A DNA stretch of 64,000 bases from Tubulanus polymorphus (taxonomy: Eukaryota > Animalia > Nemertea), in NCBI RefSeq assembly GCF_964204645.1, contig NC_134025.1:1736001-1800000 (forward strand), in the 5' to 3' direction. Below the pieces are notes generated by a model. The model searched no databases. It saw only the letters and a list, made by a program, of their open reading frames with translations, and had not been told where the DNA came from. Made by a program: the position numbers and the translations under genes. Shown here piece by piece: positions 1-15,000 of this stretch; the first letter of the stretch is position 1; each line of letters begins with the position of its first letter.

Positions 1-3000
1 TTCTCGAGTAATACTGATATTCACCATCAATCGGGCACACATCGTTTCTATCATTAAAGACATTACACAAAACCTCCTGATCGTTTTTACAGTAATCGAG
101 ATTTCGAGTGTGAACCATATGAAATATCTCATCAACATCAACGTCATCTGAATCACCCGTGTCCGATGAGAACTCTGAACCTAACTGCGTCGAATTCGTA
201 GACGACCTCGAAGACTTAAACCGTTCGCGTTTTTGATGTAACTCATCGACGTCTGCCTGAACAATGCCGGCTTCGACTTTAGCTTGGATTTCGTCGTGTG
301 TATTCGTCGATAATTCAGAGATGTTTACAGCGATAGTCGACGCATCGGACGGAACAGGTGACGTATTACTGTGTAAATCTATAAGAGTTCCGTCGTCTGA
401 AAGTGAAGGGTTAAACCAGTAACCTTCCGGATAAACTACATTCTCATTTTCCTTATCCTCCATCTCCGTATTTGGACCTTCTTCGATGATAAGAAACTTT
501 TCGACTTCGATATCCGTACTAGAATATTCTTCGTGTTTATCTTCGGACACTTTGAGATTCAATGTTTGCACCGTATTACCGAGTAGAACATTCTCCCAAT
601 CTCGTTTTCTCATTTCAGCAATCGTATTAGGCGAACTTTGCGTCAATTCTTCATTGCGAGTTTTGTTTTTATCGAATAAGTTTTTCACCGGAACAAATAT
701 GGGCGATACTTTGTAACCGACCGGCGACGATTTTCTAACTTTGATGTTTGTATCATTCAAATGCGTTTTCGCAATCGGACTCAAAGCCGGATGTCCTCCG
801 GGATGTAGTAAATTTTGTGAACCGCTCCGGACCGGAGAAACTCCTAATCGGTTCATGGCTGAATTCGTCGATCGGCTCAAAAACCGTGAATCGACGTTCA
901 GAGGGAAGATGGGAACGTGTGGATTCAGGTCCATCGAATCGATATCGAAACTCGATGAGAAAAACGTCGCTCGACTTTTCAAATTAGGATCGAGTCGATA
1001 GAAAGATCCGGTACTTCCTCGCCGGATCGCTAACAGGTATTTACGAACCGGTTCTCGATTATTAATCGCTTTTTGTACATTTTCTCTGAATAGTCGCGGG
1101 TAATGATCGTAATGGCCCTGCTCGGCGAGTACCCTCTGATTCTCCGGGTTCAGAATACTAACTAAGTCTTCGTGGGAACATGACTGATCGGATTTTCTCT
1201 TCAGAAAAACTTCGTTGAATGATTTGTCGATGTATTCATCGGGCAGCGAACAATGATCGAATCGCTGTGGTAATGTCGCCGGTTGATCGCCGAGTAATAA
1301 ATCAGAAATATGAGTTCCAATTGAGTTCTCGCTGCAGATCGAGAATCTATGATCTGAAGGAAAAAAACAGTTGAATATTAGTTCAAAACGTAAACAATTA
1401 AAACTTAAATTCTAAGTTCTTAATTTTGCGCACATTTAAAACTGAAGGATGAAATGACAGCAGAAAGAAACTACAGTCAAACTCGGACTACAGTCATCGT
1501 ATCACTATTTTTGAGACCAAATCTTTTTTTCTAAATATAAGTTGTCAACATAATAATCATCACAAATACGATGACTTGAATCAGTTCGACTACACAATCT
1601 AAATATACGAAGATTAAAAATGGTTACGAATAGGGAATAAAGAATTAAGAGAAAATTTCAAGCATGAAAAAAGTATCGTTTGAAAAAACAAAATTTCAAT
1701 GAAATATCGGCTGAAGACCTAACAGGAACATGCCACAAAATGATGTAACAGTAACTATTCAACTTATCAACATGCAATAAAATTGACTAACAAAACCTTT
1801 TGGAAACATAGATTAATCAAAAAATTTAACTACCAAAACCATTCAGAGATATCCAATTTCCAAGCAAAACATCCATAAAGATATACAAATCAACTTCCAG
1901 TATCTAATAGAGCATGCATTGAGAAGAGTTGTCAGAATTGTATTCAGCTCAAGTAATAGAAACTGTCACTATTAGTATTTGAGAATGGTTTTACCTACTC
2001 AGAACTGAAAACCTGTCAGAAATACATAGAATTTGTAGAATTCAATTTCAGAATAATGCAATCAAACATTGAATATCTGTTTGTAACATGAAAAAAGATC
2101 AAACACCGATTAACATTGCTAGCAAAAACAATAAAACTTATTTAATTACATCTGGTATTAAAAGGGGGAAATTTAAAGGGTCATAGGTTTCATAGACAAG
2201 AGACTCTCTAATTCAATTGAAGAAAAACCCTCAATTAGGAAGTGAAATTAACAATAACTGTGCCAAATACAATCAGCCATTTTCACCAAGAGCAGTTAGT
2301 TGTAACAATGGCTCATTGCAATCAAGTTGAAATCGTCAAATTCTTGTTCTACTTCATAATCATGGTTTTTTCTTCTATTCTAGAAAATAAAAACATTTCT
2401 ACCCATGCAGGGACAACTATGATAATATATTTAACATACCTTCATTATCATATTTCTATATCAATAACATTTACCAAATATTCATGGAATTCTTGTTTAA
2501 CCGCCAGCTATCGATGTAACTTAGATAAATAGCAATAATATCTATAGCCATGTCAATAATTACATAAGACTTTCCATGAATTACGTTAGATCTTTATCCC
2601 ATATCTCACATAATCCCATAAGAGCCTGCTCAATTCAGAGATGATACCAACAATATCGACTAGTTTTCAAAAAATCAAAAACCTTTATTCTTTCATCGTC
2701 AGCTTGAAAAATCAATATGACTATAAGGTGTATAAACTGGTTGGTTATTACAATACAAATATTTCAACATAAGTACATAATAAATTTCATTCATTGAAGT
2801 AAGTTCATTTGTGTATATAATCCAAATAAAGTTGTAATCGTTAAAAATGCACAAAATCTTTGAGGAAACTGAGACCAGAGCTTTTGATCGAAATCGATAT
2901 ATCTTTATCAATTTACAATGTATATGCATACATAATGAATTAGTAGACTGGTTCAAGAGCTATGTCAGGATCCACCGCCCTAACCTATAAGAGATGGGCT

Positions 3001-6000
3001 CCCTGGGCATTACTCAGATGACTTCATCTTCTCTATCATTTATAATCTGTGTTTGGATTATTCTATCATTATTTACTTCATATGCACGAGCATGCAAAGA
3101 ACATTGACAAAGATCCATGGATTTCTATCGAAAGCTTTGGCAAGTTTTCTATGAAAATTGCGTATTTTCAACGTATAAAATAGAACAATATAAATTTCAG
3201 AGATAAGTGTGAATTTGTTCTGTCAGCTCAAGTTGTATCTAACACACCGGTGTAAATTCAGAGATTCGTTAATAAACTTTCAGAACTAAATTATATCATT
3301 TTATAACATTATTTTCAATAGCAAAAAAATTGAGAAAACGATGAAAAACCCCAAAAATTGATATCATCCCTGCCATTAATGGAATACAAAATAACGTAAT
3401 TATTATAATCCTAGGAAACTAAAAACCTGATCATCAAAATATTCTGTGTGCACATTTTATATATGAATGGAAGACAATATTGGCATCACATAATAACTTT
3501 GTGTCATGAAAGGAAAAGAACTAGCAGTGAGGTACTCAAATCAGAATATCTGTTATTCTCGATCAAATACAGTCTATTACAGGCTGTTCAATATGTTTAT
3601 ATGTAAGTGAAATTCTGCTTATTTTCATACTCCATGAATAGTCTACTACACTTAGGCTTTTTTCAAATCAATTAGAGTAAAATTGAAAAATTCCCTTGCA
3701 GTCTTGAGAAAATCCATTCTCCAAGTGATTAGAAAAACCTTTAAGTAATATATGAAATTTGAGTAGACCACTAACAATAATCTACGAATGATGTCTGATT
3801 CTAATTCTACTTTTGATGAAGTATTTAATCTTTCACAGATATTTCAATGCGACCCTATTCTAATTATCTACATAATACATTTATCAATGACTAGAAACGA
3901 TTAAATCTTGGGTAGAGAGCGAGAGAGTTCAGGTTACCAAAAATCCCTAGAAATGATATCGATAAAAACCCTCATTTTCTAATGAATATAAAACAGTTTG
4001 ATTTTAGACAAGGCTACTCCCACTCATTCTTCCTATTCCTTGGATTATAAAGTGAAGGAGGACCTGTTTAGTAAAGGTCAATGGCCATCGCTAAACCAAA
4101 AAGTGCAGAATATCAGGGTTGATTGTATTTCACCTGTTGAGAGGATATGATCCCATAAATGTACGTTTCAATAAACTGTTTATATCCATTAGAAAATGAG
4201 GTTTATATTGTTATCGTTTTTATAGATAGGATTAAACAAGAGTTTCGTCAGGAGATAAATGTAACCGTTTCAATGGAACACCACTAGGTGGAGTCATCGT
4301 CGAGCCGGAAGAAATGCTCGTGACTCGTCGTTGTTGTTGTTGATTATCGTCGTGATTCGGAGATAAATCAAGAGACATCGGACGCTCGGGAGATCTTAAT
4401 CCTGCTGCACCACCGTTTATAATACACTGAGGATACAAATTAACATCGACTTCGTTGTAATCACAGTTTACTCTTTTATCATCAGCACCTTCACAAATAT
4501 TCAACGTATTGCTTAAATCGGTATAACTTCCCAGTTCGATAGCCGATGCCCGCGTTAAAGATCCTTTACGACTAGTGATCGGTTTCAGATGAGCCGAGCC
4601 CGTAGTATTTGGTTCGGGATTTCCAGAATTGACGAGTATACCTTTCAACGGACAGCACCCGTTGCACGGTACGGGTACAGATACCGTATCCGCCGACCGC
4701 GCCGCTGTATTAGCACCATTTAATTCCAGGTCCGAGGAGCAACGAATGGAATTAGATAACAGTTCGTTGTCTATAGGGGGGACATATAGTTCCCTGTTTA
4801 ATGCTTGCATGTATCTGTCTATATAAGGCTGCATAAAACGTCGAGGCACTTCATGCCATGATAAATACGTCAATAAATCTTCAAGAGTATCGAAAAAAAG
4901 ATTTTCTTGTTTACCTGATGGTGAATTCGGTCGCATAGCCGATCGTTTATGTTCGAGATATTCCTGTAGTTCTTCGTTCTCGTGTAAGAAACTGTCGAGG
5001 GAAATTCCGTTGAGGTTGGAAGGAGTGAGGAAGCGTTCCGGAATCCGTTGCGCCATATGATCGGCGAGCGCCTGAGCGCCGAAACCGAGATTCATTAGAA
5101 TTTCTTCGGGGTCACCTTTTCGCTCGTCCAACAGAACGTCGATGCTACAAAAAATTAAACACAATTAATTACTTTAAACGACGAACGGCATCCGGTAGAT
5201 TCTAGCGTTATTAGCTCAGCTGCATGCAACAAGTCCGACCTAATGAACGACCACGTTACATGAAACTGGTTATAAATACATGCATTTTCTCCCAACGTAA
5301 TTATATTATTAATACACGGTTCACGCTTGATTAAGTATATCTCAGTGTACACTAGTGTTGTCGATATGAATTACTGTTTTGTGGTCGGATTAAGAGAGGA
5401 TGTCAGGCCTAACACGGGATAATTGCTACAATTCAAACCACACCCTCCCGTCATCATCATCATCATCCTCTAATCATCCTCTGAATTTCCGGCAGACTAA
5501 CTACATCAGCGTCATCGCAGTCACTTGCCTCGATAAGTACGATCCTGAGGTTTGTAATGAGAATTCTGAACTGAAGCTGTCTCCGTGTAATCTCTTGTTT
5601 TTTAACCATGAAAGACGTTTATCAGACATTGCTTCCCGTCGAGCATTAGGAGACTGTGAAGGGGGAGGCTCCGCGGGTTTCCTAAAAAATTAAACATAAT
5701 CGAATTTATAATCGAAATATCAAAAATCCTACACTAGAAATGTTTCCTTCAGCAAGCTTGTAGTTCATTCAATGTTTCAACTATATACAGTATTGCTCCC
5801 GGAAGGTGACTATTATAAACGATAAAAGCTTCAAAGTAATATTTGTCTTAACGATTACAAATATATTTAGTTCATATTCTTACTACAAAATGAAATACCA
5901 GTATATGATAGCGAAATTCCTAAAGAGTAACAGATAGTGAAATTGAAGGATTATCAAAACCAAAACGTTTCAGATGTTTCCTAACAGCCATCAATTGGGT

Positions 6001-9000
6001 GTCATATTTTTCACAGATAAGCGCGTATCAATAACTCATAAATACCAGTATATCTTACACCAATAATCCTATCATTTACTGACACACATCATTTACTACA
6101 ACTAACTGACATTCATTATTTCTGTACCTTTCTTCATAATTAGAGGTAGCTTTTGTTTCCAGTTCTTTCTCTTTTCTGTCAGTCATACTTCTAGCTATAA
6201 ACAAAATGAAAACATATATATTTCAATTTCTCGTACGATACAAACTCTGGTCAGTGATATATATAACTACTATATGTATGTATTTACTATATATAACTTT
6301 TTACTGTCCACCTTTTATAAACCTTCTCAAGTCTCCTCGCACAATAGAAAAATAGCATACCTTCGGCTCCTAACGACAGGTCATCCTCAGAACTAGGTCC
6401 ACGTTCTACTGAAGGTCTTTGACTCGTTTCTAAGTAACTGTTGCCATCATCTTTACTGTTGGTTTTTATTCTTCAAGAAGAGAAGTTTTCGTTATCAATG
6501 AAAAACAATGAAATACCTGGATATACACTTAAAATAACCCCTACGTGAAATATAGACATGAATAGATTGATATTTGATAATTCTATAAAACGGAGGGTAT
6601 TTCATAGAACACGAAATGACTCGCGACATCGAGTTTTTAAGCAGAAACCTTCTATTGTTAGGGTTAATATCTTACTTTGTTATTATAAGTGGTTTCAATT
6701 GACCATTACATTTTAATGAGTAAACCATTCATAGGCCCAAACCGTATTTACTTTAGTGCTCATTCACAATAAAACAAATCGTTTTTGGAATCGTTACAGA
6801 AATAAATCCACTTTGTTGTTTCCATTTTATCATAACAATTTTTAAGTTTTGAATTCCATTAATCCATAACAAAGTTATAGGAAGCGCATTTTATTTCTAT
6901 ATCAATTGCAAAAACAATTTGTTCTGATGCAAATAGGCAGAATATTCGATGTAAATAACGAGATGAAATCAAGTCTGGTTTGAATGAAAATAAGACCAGA
7001 ATGTGTGATTAGATAAGTGAGAATTTAACAGCTGACGAACAGTTAAGTTTATAAATGTATGAATGTACACCATATGTCAGAGAAATAAGTGATATGAAAT
7101 TAAAATTCCATTTTTACAAAATCTGTTTACAACAAGAGTACACAAGTAATGTAGAATGACGCTGGTCAGCAGGGGGAAGGTTTAGAGCCTATTTCTTGCC
7201 AAGCGTTTTTTTGACCTGATCAAATTAGGCCCGTGTCAGAAACGGTGTATCAGATAGTGATTATTGATACTTACAGTTCCTGCTCTTTTGAAGCTTGATC
7301 TTGCGGTAGATTATTCACCCATTCACAAACAGCTCTCTGTTTAGTTTTAGTCGAAGCAGTGCCTGTAATATATACACACAACAAGTCAACAGAAATAGAT
7401 ACATCATTTTATTGCAGATACGTACGATGTATCTCATATATCATCTCCGCGGAATATCATATTATTAATCTGACTTCACTGGCACCCGTACAGTGCAGAA
7501 AAGCGGAGGTAGATGTCAAGTTTTAAAGCCATAAAAAAACCTGCAAAATCCACGATTTTCACAGCTGACTGTTAAACCATAAACCCGAGGGAATTGACGC
7601 TCGACGCATACGGAATTTGATAAAGATTTACGACGCATTACGGAAGATGCATTAAGAAGATGATAATTTGCAATTTAAATTTGATGTAAAATAATGATCG
7701 ATTAACGACGTATCTTTAACATCGGCGTCAGAAACTATATCCAGGTAGTGATTTCAGGCATTACCTCTGCTACTTGTTGTGAATTATAGTAGAAATGTTT
7801 ATCTCGTAAATGTTTCGAACTGATAGTTCAACTGGGAGGTAATATCTCTCAACAGGGGAGGTTATATATCTCCCACTCAGCTTCAAGGTAATTTCATAGC
7901 TCGCGATGTTTAGATATGTTGTCTATTCTCATTGAAATGAACCGACCTTCATAACCCAGGATAATGAGCTTAGGGGATCGGATATAGAGGAATCCGACAG
8001 CTCAGATTCACAAATGTTTAATGTAAAAGTGAAGAAATCTGAAGTGATCATGAATCATGATTCATTAAACTAAGTGTTCCGTGCAGAGGGTGGGGGGGTG
8101 TAAAACCTCCCAACAAAAATTTCATATTGCCCTGAAATCTTAAAGGAAAAAAAGAAAAAAAAAAGAAAACTTAAAAGAAAACTATCAAACTGATTCATAA
8201 GCTCGTTCTCTGTACTTCGGAAAATGAATTAATATTCTCCGATGAACTCTCTTATGGGGGGAGGGGGTGTGCACTTCTAATGATATGCACTGTTCCCAGA
8301 ATCAGACCCTCAATGACATATTCATTTTAATCATATTAATACAATCCAATGCAATATAACACATTATCATTCAGTTAAAATTCATTATCTGACAATAGAA
8401 ATCGATACGGGTTTATATTTACCAGTATTTCCTGTTCATATAATCAAAGTGAGGATTGTGACAAAACCTTCATGATTGAATGAATGAATAATATCCTGAC
8501 TCCTGTAGACTGTTATTAGTTCCGTTACGACTTCCTCTTAGAAACAGGATCTCAAAACCCGACAATAGATTTTCAAATAAAATACCAGGAATTATGAAGA
8601 GAGCCGAACCTTCAACAGGTTTTGCACATACACTATATACCTATCTGTTGTAATATATTACATAATAAATCCCTGGCTATAGAAATGAAATACTAACTAC
8701 TAATAGACTCTAAACCAGTACTAACCCTGCAATTATTATTACATATACCAAGCGAATTCCAAGTTTCGTTATGAAAACTGTTAGGCATAACTCACCGCAG
8801 CAAAATATTCCCTTAGGGAAACAGCAGAAATGCCAGGCTGCATAAAATTATTGTTGTAAATGCTAATCTTTAATATATTCACTCGTATTTTGGGTAAAAA
8901 TTAAGAGAGAACCTTTTCTACATAACTACAGGACGCGGTTCCACAGTTCTGAGTTCTGTCTCTCGAAATCATAAATAACGAGTCAAACTTGTGAACTGTG

Positions 9001-12000
9001 GAACAGATTCCTGAACGTTGAGCGTGAAATCAGGATGGCCACTTTCCGCTCATTTACAAATCCCAGAGTTTTTTTCATGTGATTACACAAAATTCCCAGA
9101 GTGAATCAGAGAAATTTCTAGGCTTAAAAGGTTATAATTCATTCATTTTTCGTTGAATCTCCGCAAACTGATAAAGAAACATGAGGTCAATAGCATCATC
9201 TGAATTCCCTGAATTGTCCAGGCTTAATTAAATTTGGTTAAATAGGTCAAATTCCTTCAGATATCCTTTGAGATTTGCCTAATTTTTTCTTTCTAGGTTT
9301 TTCTGATTCCCTGAGTTGTCGGTGGCCACCCTGGAATATAAATCTTAAAAATTTTCTTGTAATTTACCTATTATATTAAACAGTGATATCCACTGAGTTA
9401 AGACGCTAATATTTGATTCTATTGCGAAACTTTTCTTACCTTGATGATTCTCTCTCGATTCATCGTCTGCTGGGTGTCTGATTTCCGGCATCGTGACCGT
9501 AGCGACCGACAATGAGTCGTTGTTGTTCGCGGTGATTTGATGATTGTCTCGTTTAACAATCGCGTCCGGACTGTAAGAATCCCTATCCGTGTACGGCATC
9601 AGTTTATCTCTCTTGAATCGACGAATCAACGCATCTTTTATCACGGCGTAAGAAACTTTTCCGACGCGTTTGGCATTTTTCAGAGTTTCCGATTCGTTGA
9701 TAAAACTCGATGATTTCTGCGTTGAATCGTTCGTCTGATCAGTCGGATGATTCTCTTTATATTCACAGTTCGTCGTCGTCGGTTTCGTTCCTCCGTTCGA
9801 CGCGAACACCTTCGACGTAACGGGTAAAAACGAACGAAACGAATTGCGTAATTTTTGAGCTAACGGAACCTGCGTAACGGTCGACGCCGGCGATATTCTA
9901 CCTCCGTCGCTGTTGTTACGAATGACGGATTTTAACGGAGCGAGGTACTGAGATCCGTCACCAGGCGGCGCTTCCGTCTGTATCGCTATAGACTGACTGC
10001 CGTTGTTGTTATCGATATTGTTGGATTTTGAATTTTTAAGGATTCCCTTCGTCGACGCATTCTGCGATTCCGAAGACGAGTTTAAAGTCGCCCCGCTGCG
10101 ACTGAATGAACCGGTCTCTCTATTATAAGTCGTAGATTTCACGTAGGTTTCCGTGACGTCCGCGCTCAACGAATGAGGTAAACGACTGGAATAGATAGCG
10201 TGGTAGATCGGACATTCCTCTTCGCTCGAATTACAATCATCCGCCGTCGGAGACAAATGATAATAACTTTCAACTTTCTTTTGATATTGTAAATCCCACT
10301 CGGTCGAGTTCTCGCGTTCCCGATACGTCGGATGATACGTTCCCCAAGGCTCGTCTAAATCCTCTACGACATCTGGTTTGGTCAGGAGGTAATTCTCGCT
10401 TTTGCTCGTCGGGAAATTCAAACACGAATAAGAAGAGTATGCATAGTCTGTATAAGGTGAATGTATAGTAGGGCTATAAGTGTCGTCAGGTAGTGAAGAT
10501 TGTTGAATTATACGATGTCGTAACGAAGGCGACTGATTTTCCTGACCTACAATCGACGGTATTGGACTGATTGATAACTGTGATAACCTCGCTGGACTGT
10601 ATTGTTGTTGTCTGGAAGGCAGCGGGCTCGATTTAAATGAAGGTGTAGGACTGCGTGATGGTAGAGGACTGTGATGATGATGATGATGATGATACCGATT
10701 TACGGAAGGAGAATGCGGCTGCTGCTGCTGCTGCTGCTGCAGCTGCTGTTGATATTGCTGTAGTTTAGGACTATAATGAGGAAGTACAGGCGATCGATGA
10801 ATCTGAAGTTGTTGAAATTCACGAGGTGATAAACGAGGACTGAGACTCGGAGGTCGATACGGAGGACTCTGGTCTCGACTCGGAGGTCGGTATGGAGGTA
10901 ACTCTCTGCGATCCGGTACGCACTGAAGTAGGTCAAACTGGCTCGCTGAAAATACACAACAAAAACAACTTCAACCCGTTATAACCGATGATATAGTTTT
11001 TCATTCCCAGGGCTTCCAGGAAGTTAGACTGAAACACTTGTGTGCCTTGTGTATCACAAGTGTGCAAAATGCCACATGTTGTATTATTATAGACCCATCT
11101 GGATCTATGTTCTACCGATAGATATATCTATAGCTCTATCCATAATTCAAAGCAAAATATGAAACATGATATTAAACTCTTCATCATTCAAAACTTGATG
11201 ATGAGAGAACTTTTAACTTTAACTTAAACATACCCTGAAATATAGTAAGTAAAGTCTAGAAATAATGATTCTGTTTACCTGAATAGAAAACCCATTGATA
11301 CAAGATCTACAAGCACTAGTTTAAATATCCTTCCAACTGATGTGTCTGATATTAATGATATTTGTAATGTTTGTAACGCGATAATGAAACGACCAAAAAC
11401 TATGTGTACGGTATATAGCACGCAGTCAGTTGACTCTTGAGAACAGTACTGTGTCCCTGGTACACAAACATATAATAATACACCAGTCAGTGCTAGGTTA
11501 TTATCAGTTAGCTCGACCCATATCGTGCGTTATACCTTGTAAGGTCATTGATAGTCGATGATATGAAAAAGCTGCATTTTCATTTGTTAAATATCATCAA
11601 ATCATTTCATATTATATTATATCATATCATATCATAATCACAAAACAGTAGTAACTCAATCCTTTCATAGAAATAACAATACGTAAGTAGAAAGTTTGAG
11701 ATTAAATTTTTCAAAATTTTTTAATTAAAATTTTGATATCGCGCAAAAATTTCAATCAATTTCTTTTCGATGATCGGTGAATATAGATGAATGTTAATGA
11801 TATGGTGCGGTACCCGTGTCTTTTGTCCGATGAAGGTGATTAATCAACCTAGAAAATATTATTAGTCTCGAAAATAGATTTGATTATTACCGCATTTTGA
11901 GACACAGACAAAACTCAACATCTACAACATCCATTTTCGCACAACATCATCTTACCTGACATTTTAGCAATGTTAGAGACCCGGTTAAGTTACTAAAAAT

Positions 12001-15000
12001 ATGGGCAAGAAATGCCACTTTAGAAGTGAAATTCAACAGCATTAAGCCGAAGTCTATCATCTGAAAGACAGAAATATCATTTTTATCAGATATACGAAGT
12101 AGCTGTTACTAAGCAACACAACACTTATTAAAGAGGCGTCTCAAAATAATTCTAAATGAGTTGAAATGAGTTGAGATGAGTTGAGATATACACGCAGGTA
12201 CTGAAACTGGATGGATAATGATTGATTAAAAAGGTTTTTGAATGACGCGGAACATGTTTCAGTGAAAATACCCGCAGCAACATCTAGAATCATTACCGCA
12301 GCCATTATAACAATGAATATCACTTAAATCACATCGCTGAGTGGATCGCAGGGGATCGGTCTTAAATACAACCGACCTAGAGAAAAACTCTTCACTAGAG
12401 TCAACACCAAAACAATGGACTCTAAAACAAATTGTTTTAGAGTCCATGAAATGTCAACGCCAAAACAATGGACTCAAAAACAAATTGTTTTAGAGTCCAT
12501 GAAATGTCAACGCCAAAACAATGGACTCAAAAACAAATTGTTTTAGAGTCCATGAAATGTCAACACCAAAACAGTGGACTCAAAAACAAATTGTTTTAGA
12601 GTCCATGAAATGTCAACACCAAAACAGTGGACTCAAAAACAAATTGTTTTAGAGTCCATGAAATGTCAACACCAAAACAATGGACTCTAAAACAAATTGT
12701 TTTAGAGTCCATGAAATGTCAACGCCAAAACAGTGGACTCAAAAACAAATTGTTTTAGAGTCCATGAAATGTCAACGCCAAAACAATGGACTCTAAAACA
12801 AATTGTTTTAGAGTCCATGAAATGTCAACATCAAAACAATGGACTCTAAAACAAATTGTTTTAGAGTCCATGAAATGTCAACGCCAAAACAATGGACTCT
12901 AAAACAAATTGTTTTAGAGTCCATGAAATGTCAACATCAAAACAATGGACTCTAAAACAAATTGTTTTAGAGTCCATGAAATGTCAACGCCAAAACAATG
13001 GACTCTAAAACAAATTGTTTTAGAGTCCATGAAATGTCAACACCAAAACAATGGACTCTAAAACAAATTGTTTTAGAGTCCATGAAATGTCAACGCCAAA
13101 ACAATGGACTCTAAAACAAATTGTTTTAGAGTCCATGAAATGTCAACGCCAAAACAATGGACTCTAAAACAAATTGTTTTAGAGTCCATGAAATGTCAAC
13201 GCCAAATCAGTGGACTCTAAAACAAATTGTTTTAGAGTCCATGAAATGTCTATGAGTGTGAAAGTGGCTAGTGAAACAAAACTATATAAGATTCTAAGTT
13301 AATAAGACCGATGCGACTAGGTACGATAATTAAATGGTCTTATTTTTTTTTTGTTTTTTTTTCGTATTTCTCCAAAAGATCGCGTAGTATTTAACTGGAG
13401 TTTTTATGTTGCCAAGCAACTGGCTAACCTATGACTAATGGCTACTCGGATACCTCTAACCCTGCACCCTCAACCCGTATCAATAGCGTAATGAATACCC
13501 GGTAAAAAACCGGTAGAAATCCACTTCACCGGAAATCTCCTACCGCAAATCATAGTTCATAGACGTCAACTCAATCAAAATCATGACTAGTTGACAGCAG
13601 TGGATAAATCAGTTACTGTTCTATATAGAACCCGAACACTTAGAGATAGTTACACCTGATAAACAACGACAATCTCCATCTATTCTATTACAGCATCGTC
13701 AGCAGCTCAAACTAGTTACCGGATCATTTTTATAAACCGGGTTATTAATGAACATCAGCTCGGTTGTGGTTAAACTGATTAGCGCCGTGATGAATGTGAA
13801 GACTCAATCAGCTCAACACAAACGCTACAAAATACTGTGCCCGAAATTCTGATTAATGACGAGATAGTTATTGATTCGCGAACACTGGTTATACTAAACA
13901 AGTGAACCACGATATAGGATAAAATCCAACACTGGGAAAGAACAAACGAGTGCGAAATGATGAGCTAGTACAGTTTCCAATTCATCCTAATAGTCATTTT
14001 CACGAATACTGAGGATTAAGTCAAAACGTCGAATAAAATATCAGCACCCAAGGAAACCTTTCAGACTTGTTTTTCATTTCTGAATTTGGGATTTCATCTT
14101 AGCTTATCGTTAGGACACAGACTCAATGTGTTTTTCTACTATTATTAACTTTATTTATAAGCTTGAAAGCATTAGACGACATACATTTCAAGCGTTACAA
14201 AAAGTGAACCCCCGAGTTGATCGACTGTCAATTACATTCACACCTGACAATAGTCTCTCTAGAGAGAATTCGCATTCTCTCAGAACATCATCAGGTGTGT
14301 AGAAATAAGTGAAACAAGAGATATTTTGGCACAGGCCAAATTAAGATTTGATCACGGCTTATCTTTCCTCAAATTTTAATTCTTAATAGATTTTGTTTAA
14401 AATCTTTTAAATTTATGTATAGTGGGTTTGAATCATATTTCATCAAATTTGTCTAAACGCGATGTAATTCTAAACTTATGAATAAGCTTCATTGCTTAAG
14501 TGAAGATTGATTAAATGAACACGTCTGCAGGAAATAATCACTATATATTAGAAATCTATATCAATTATGTTTGTGTGAGTAAAACCATCCATCTCAACCA
14601 CCAGACTGACAGTATATATATATATAGCTGAGATAGATCATTAGTCGGAGATGTCAACCTGAGGACAGGTTTTTCTATATGCAGTTTGTTTACCGGTGCA
14701 CTACTATCACACAGGGGTATTAGATAATTAGTGACTTCTCTCGAGGATGTCTCACATCTGCCTCAATACATCTTCATTATTTAAAACGACACCAATTTGA
14801 GAATAGAATTTTTTATATAGACACTCATTAAACTTATATTCACTATTATTGATTTATGTAAGTACCCCCTCCCCCCCCCCCCCCCGCAGTTGCTTTTTTA
14901 AGCTAAGTTTAATTTGTTACTTTTTTATGTTGTATTTATTACCTCTTGCCTGTTTCTCACATTCTCTTTTGTTTATTTCATCATGCTGCGATAGATGTCT

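Noticed and set aside
486-1001. Plus-strand ORFs at the left edge
   Set aside because: They are antisense to the large minus-strand exon 1353-<1.
12400-13250. CRISPR array (GTTTTAGAG...CCAAAAC resembles the type II-A repeat ends)
   Set aside because: The intervening sequences are near-identical rather than unique spacers, there are no cas genes, and the context is a eukaryotic intron.
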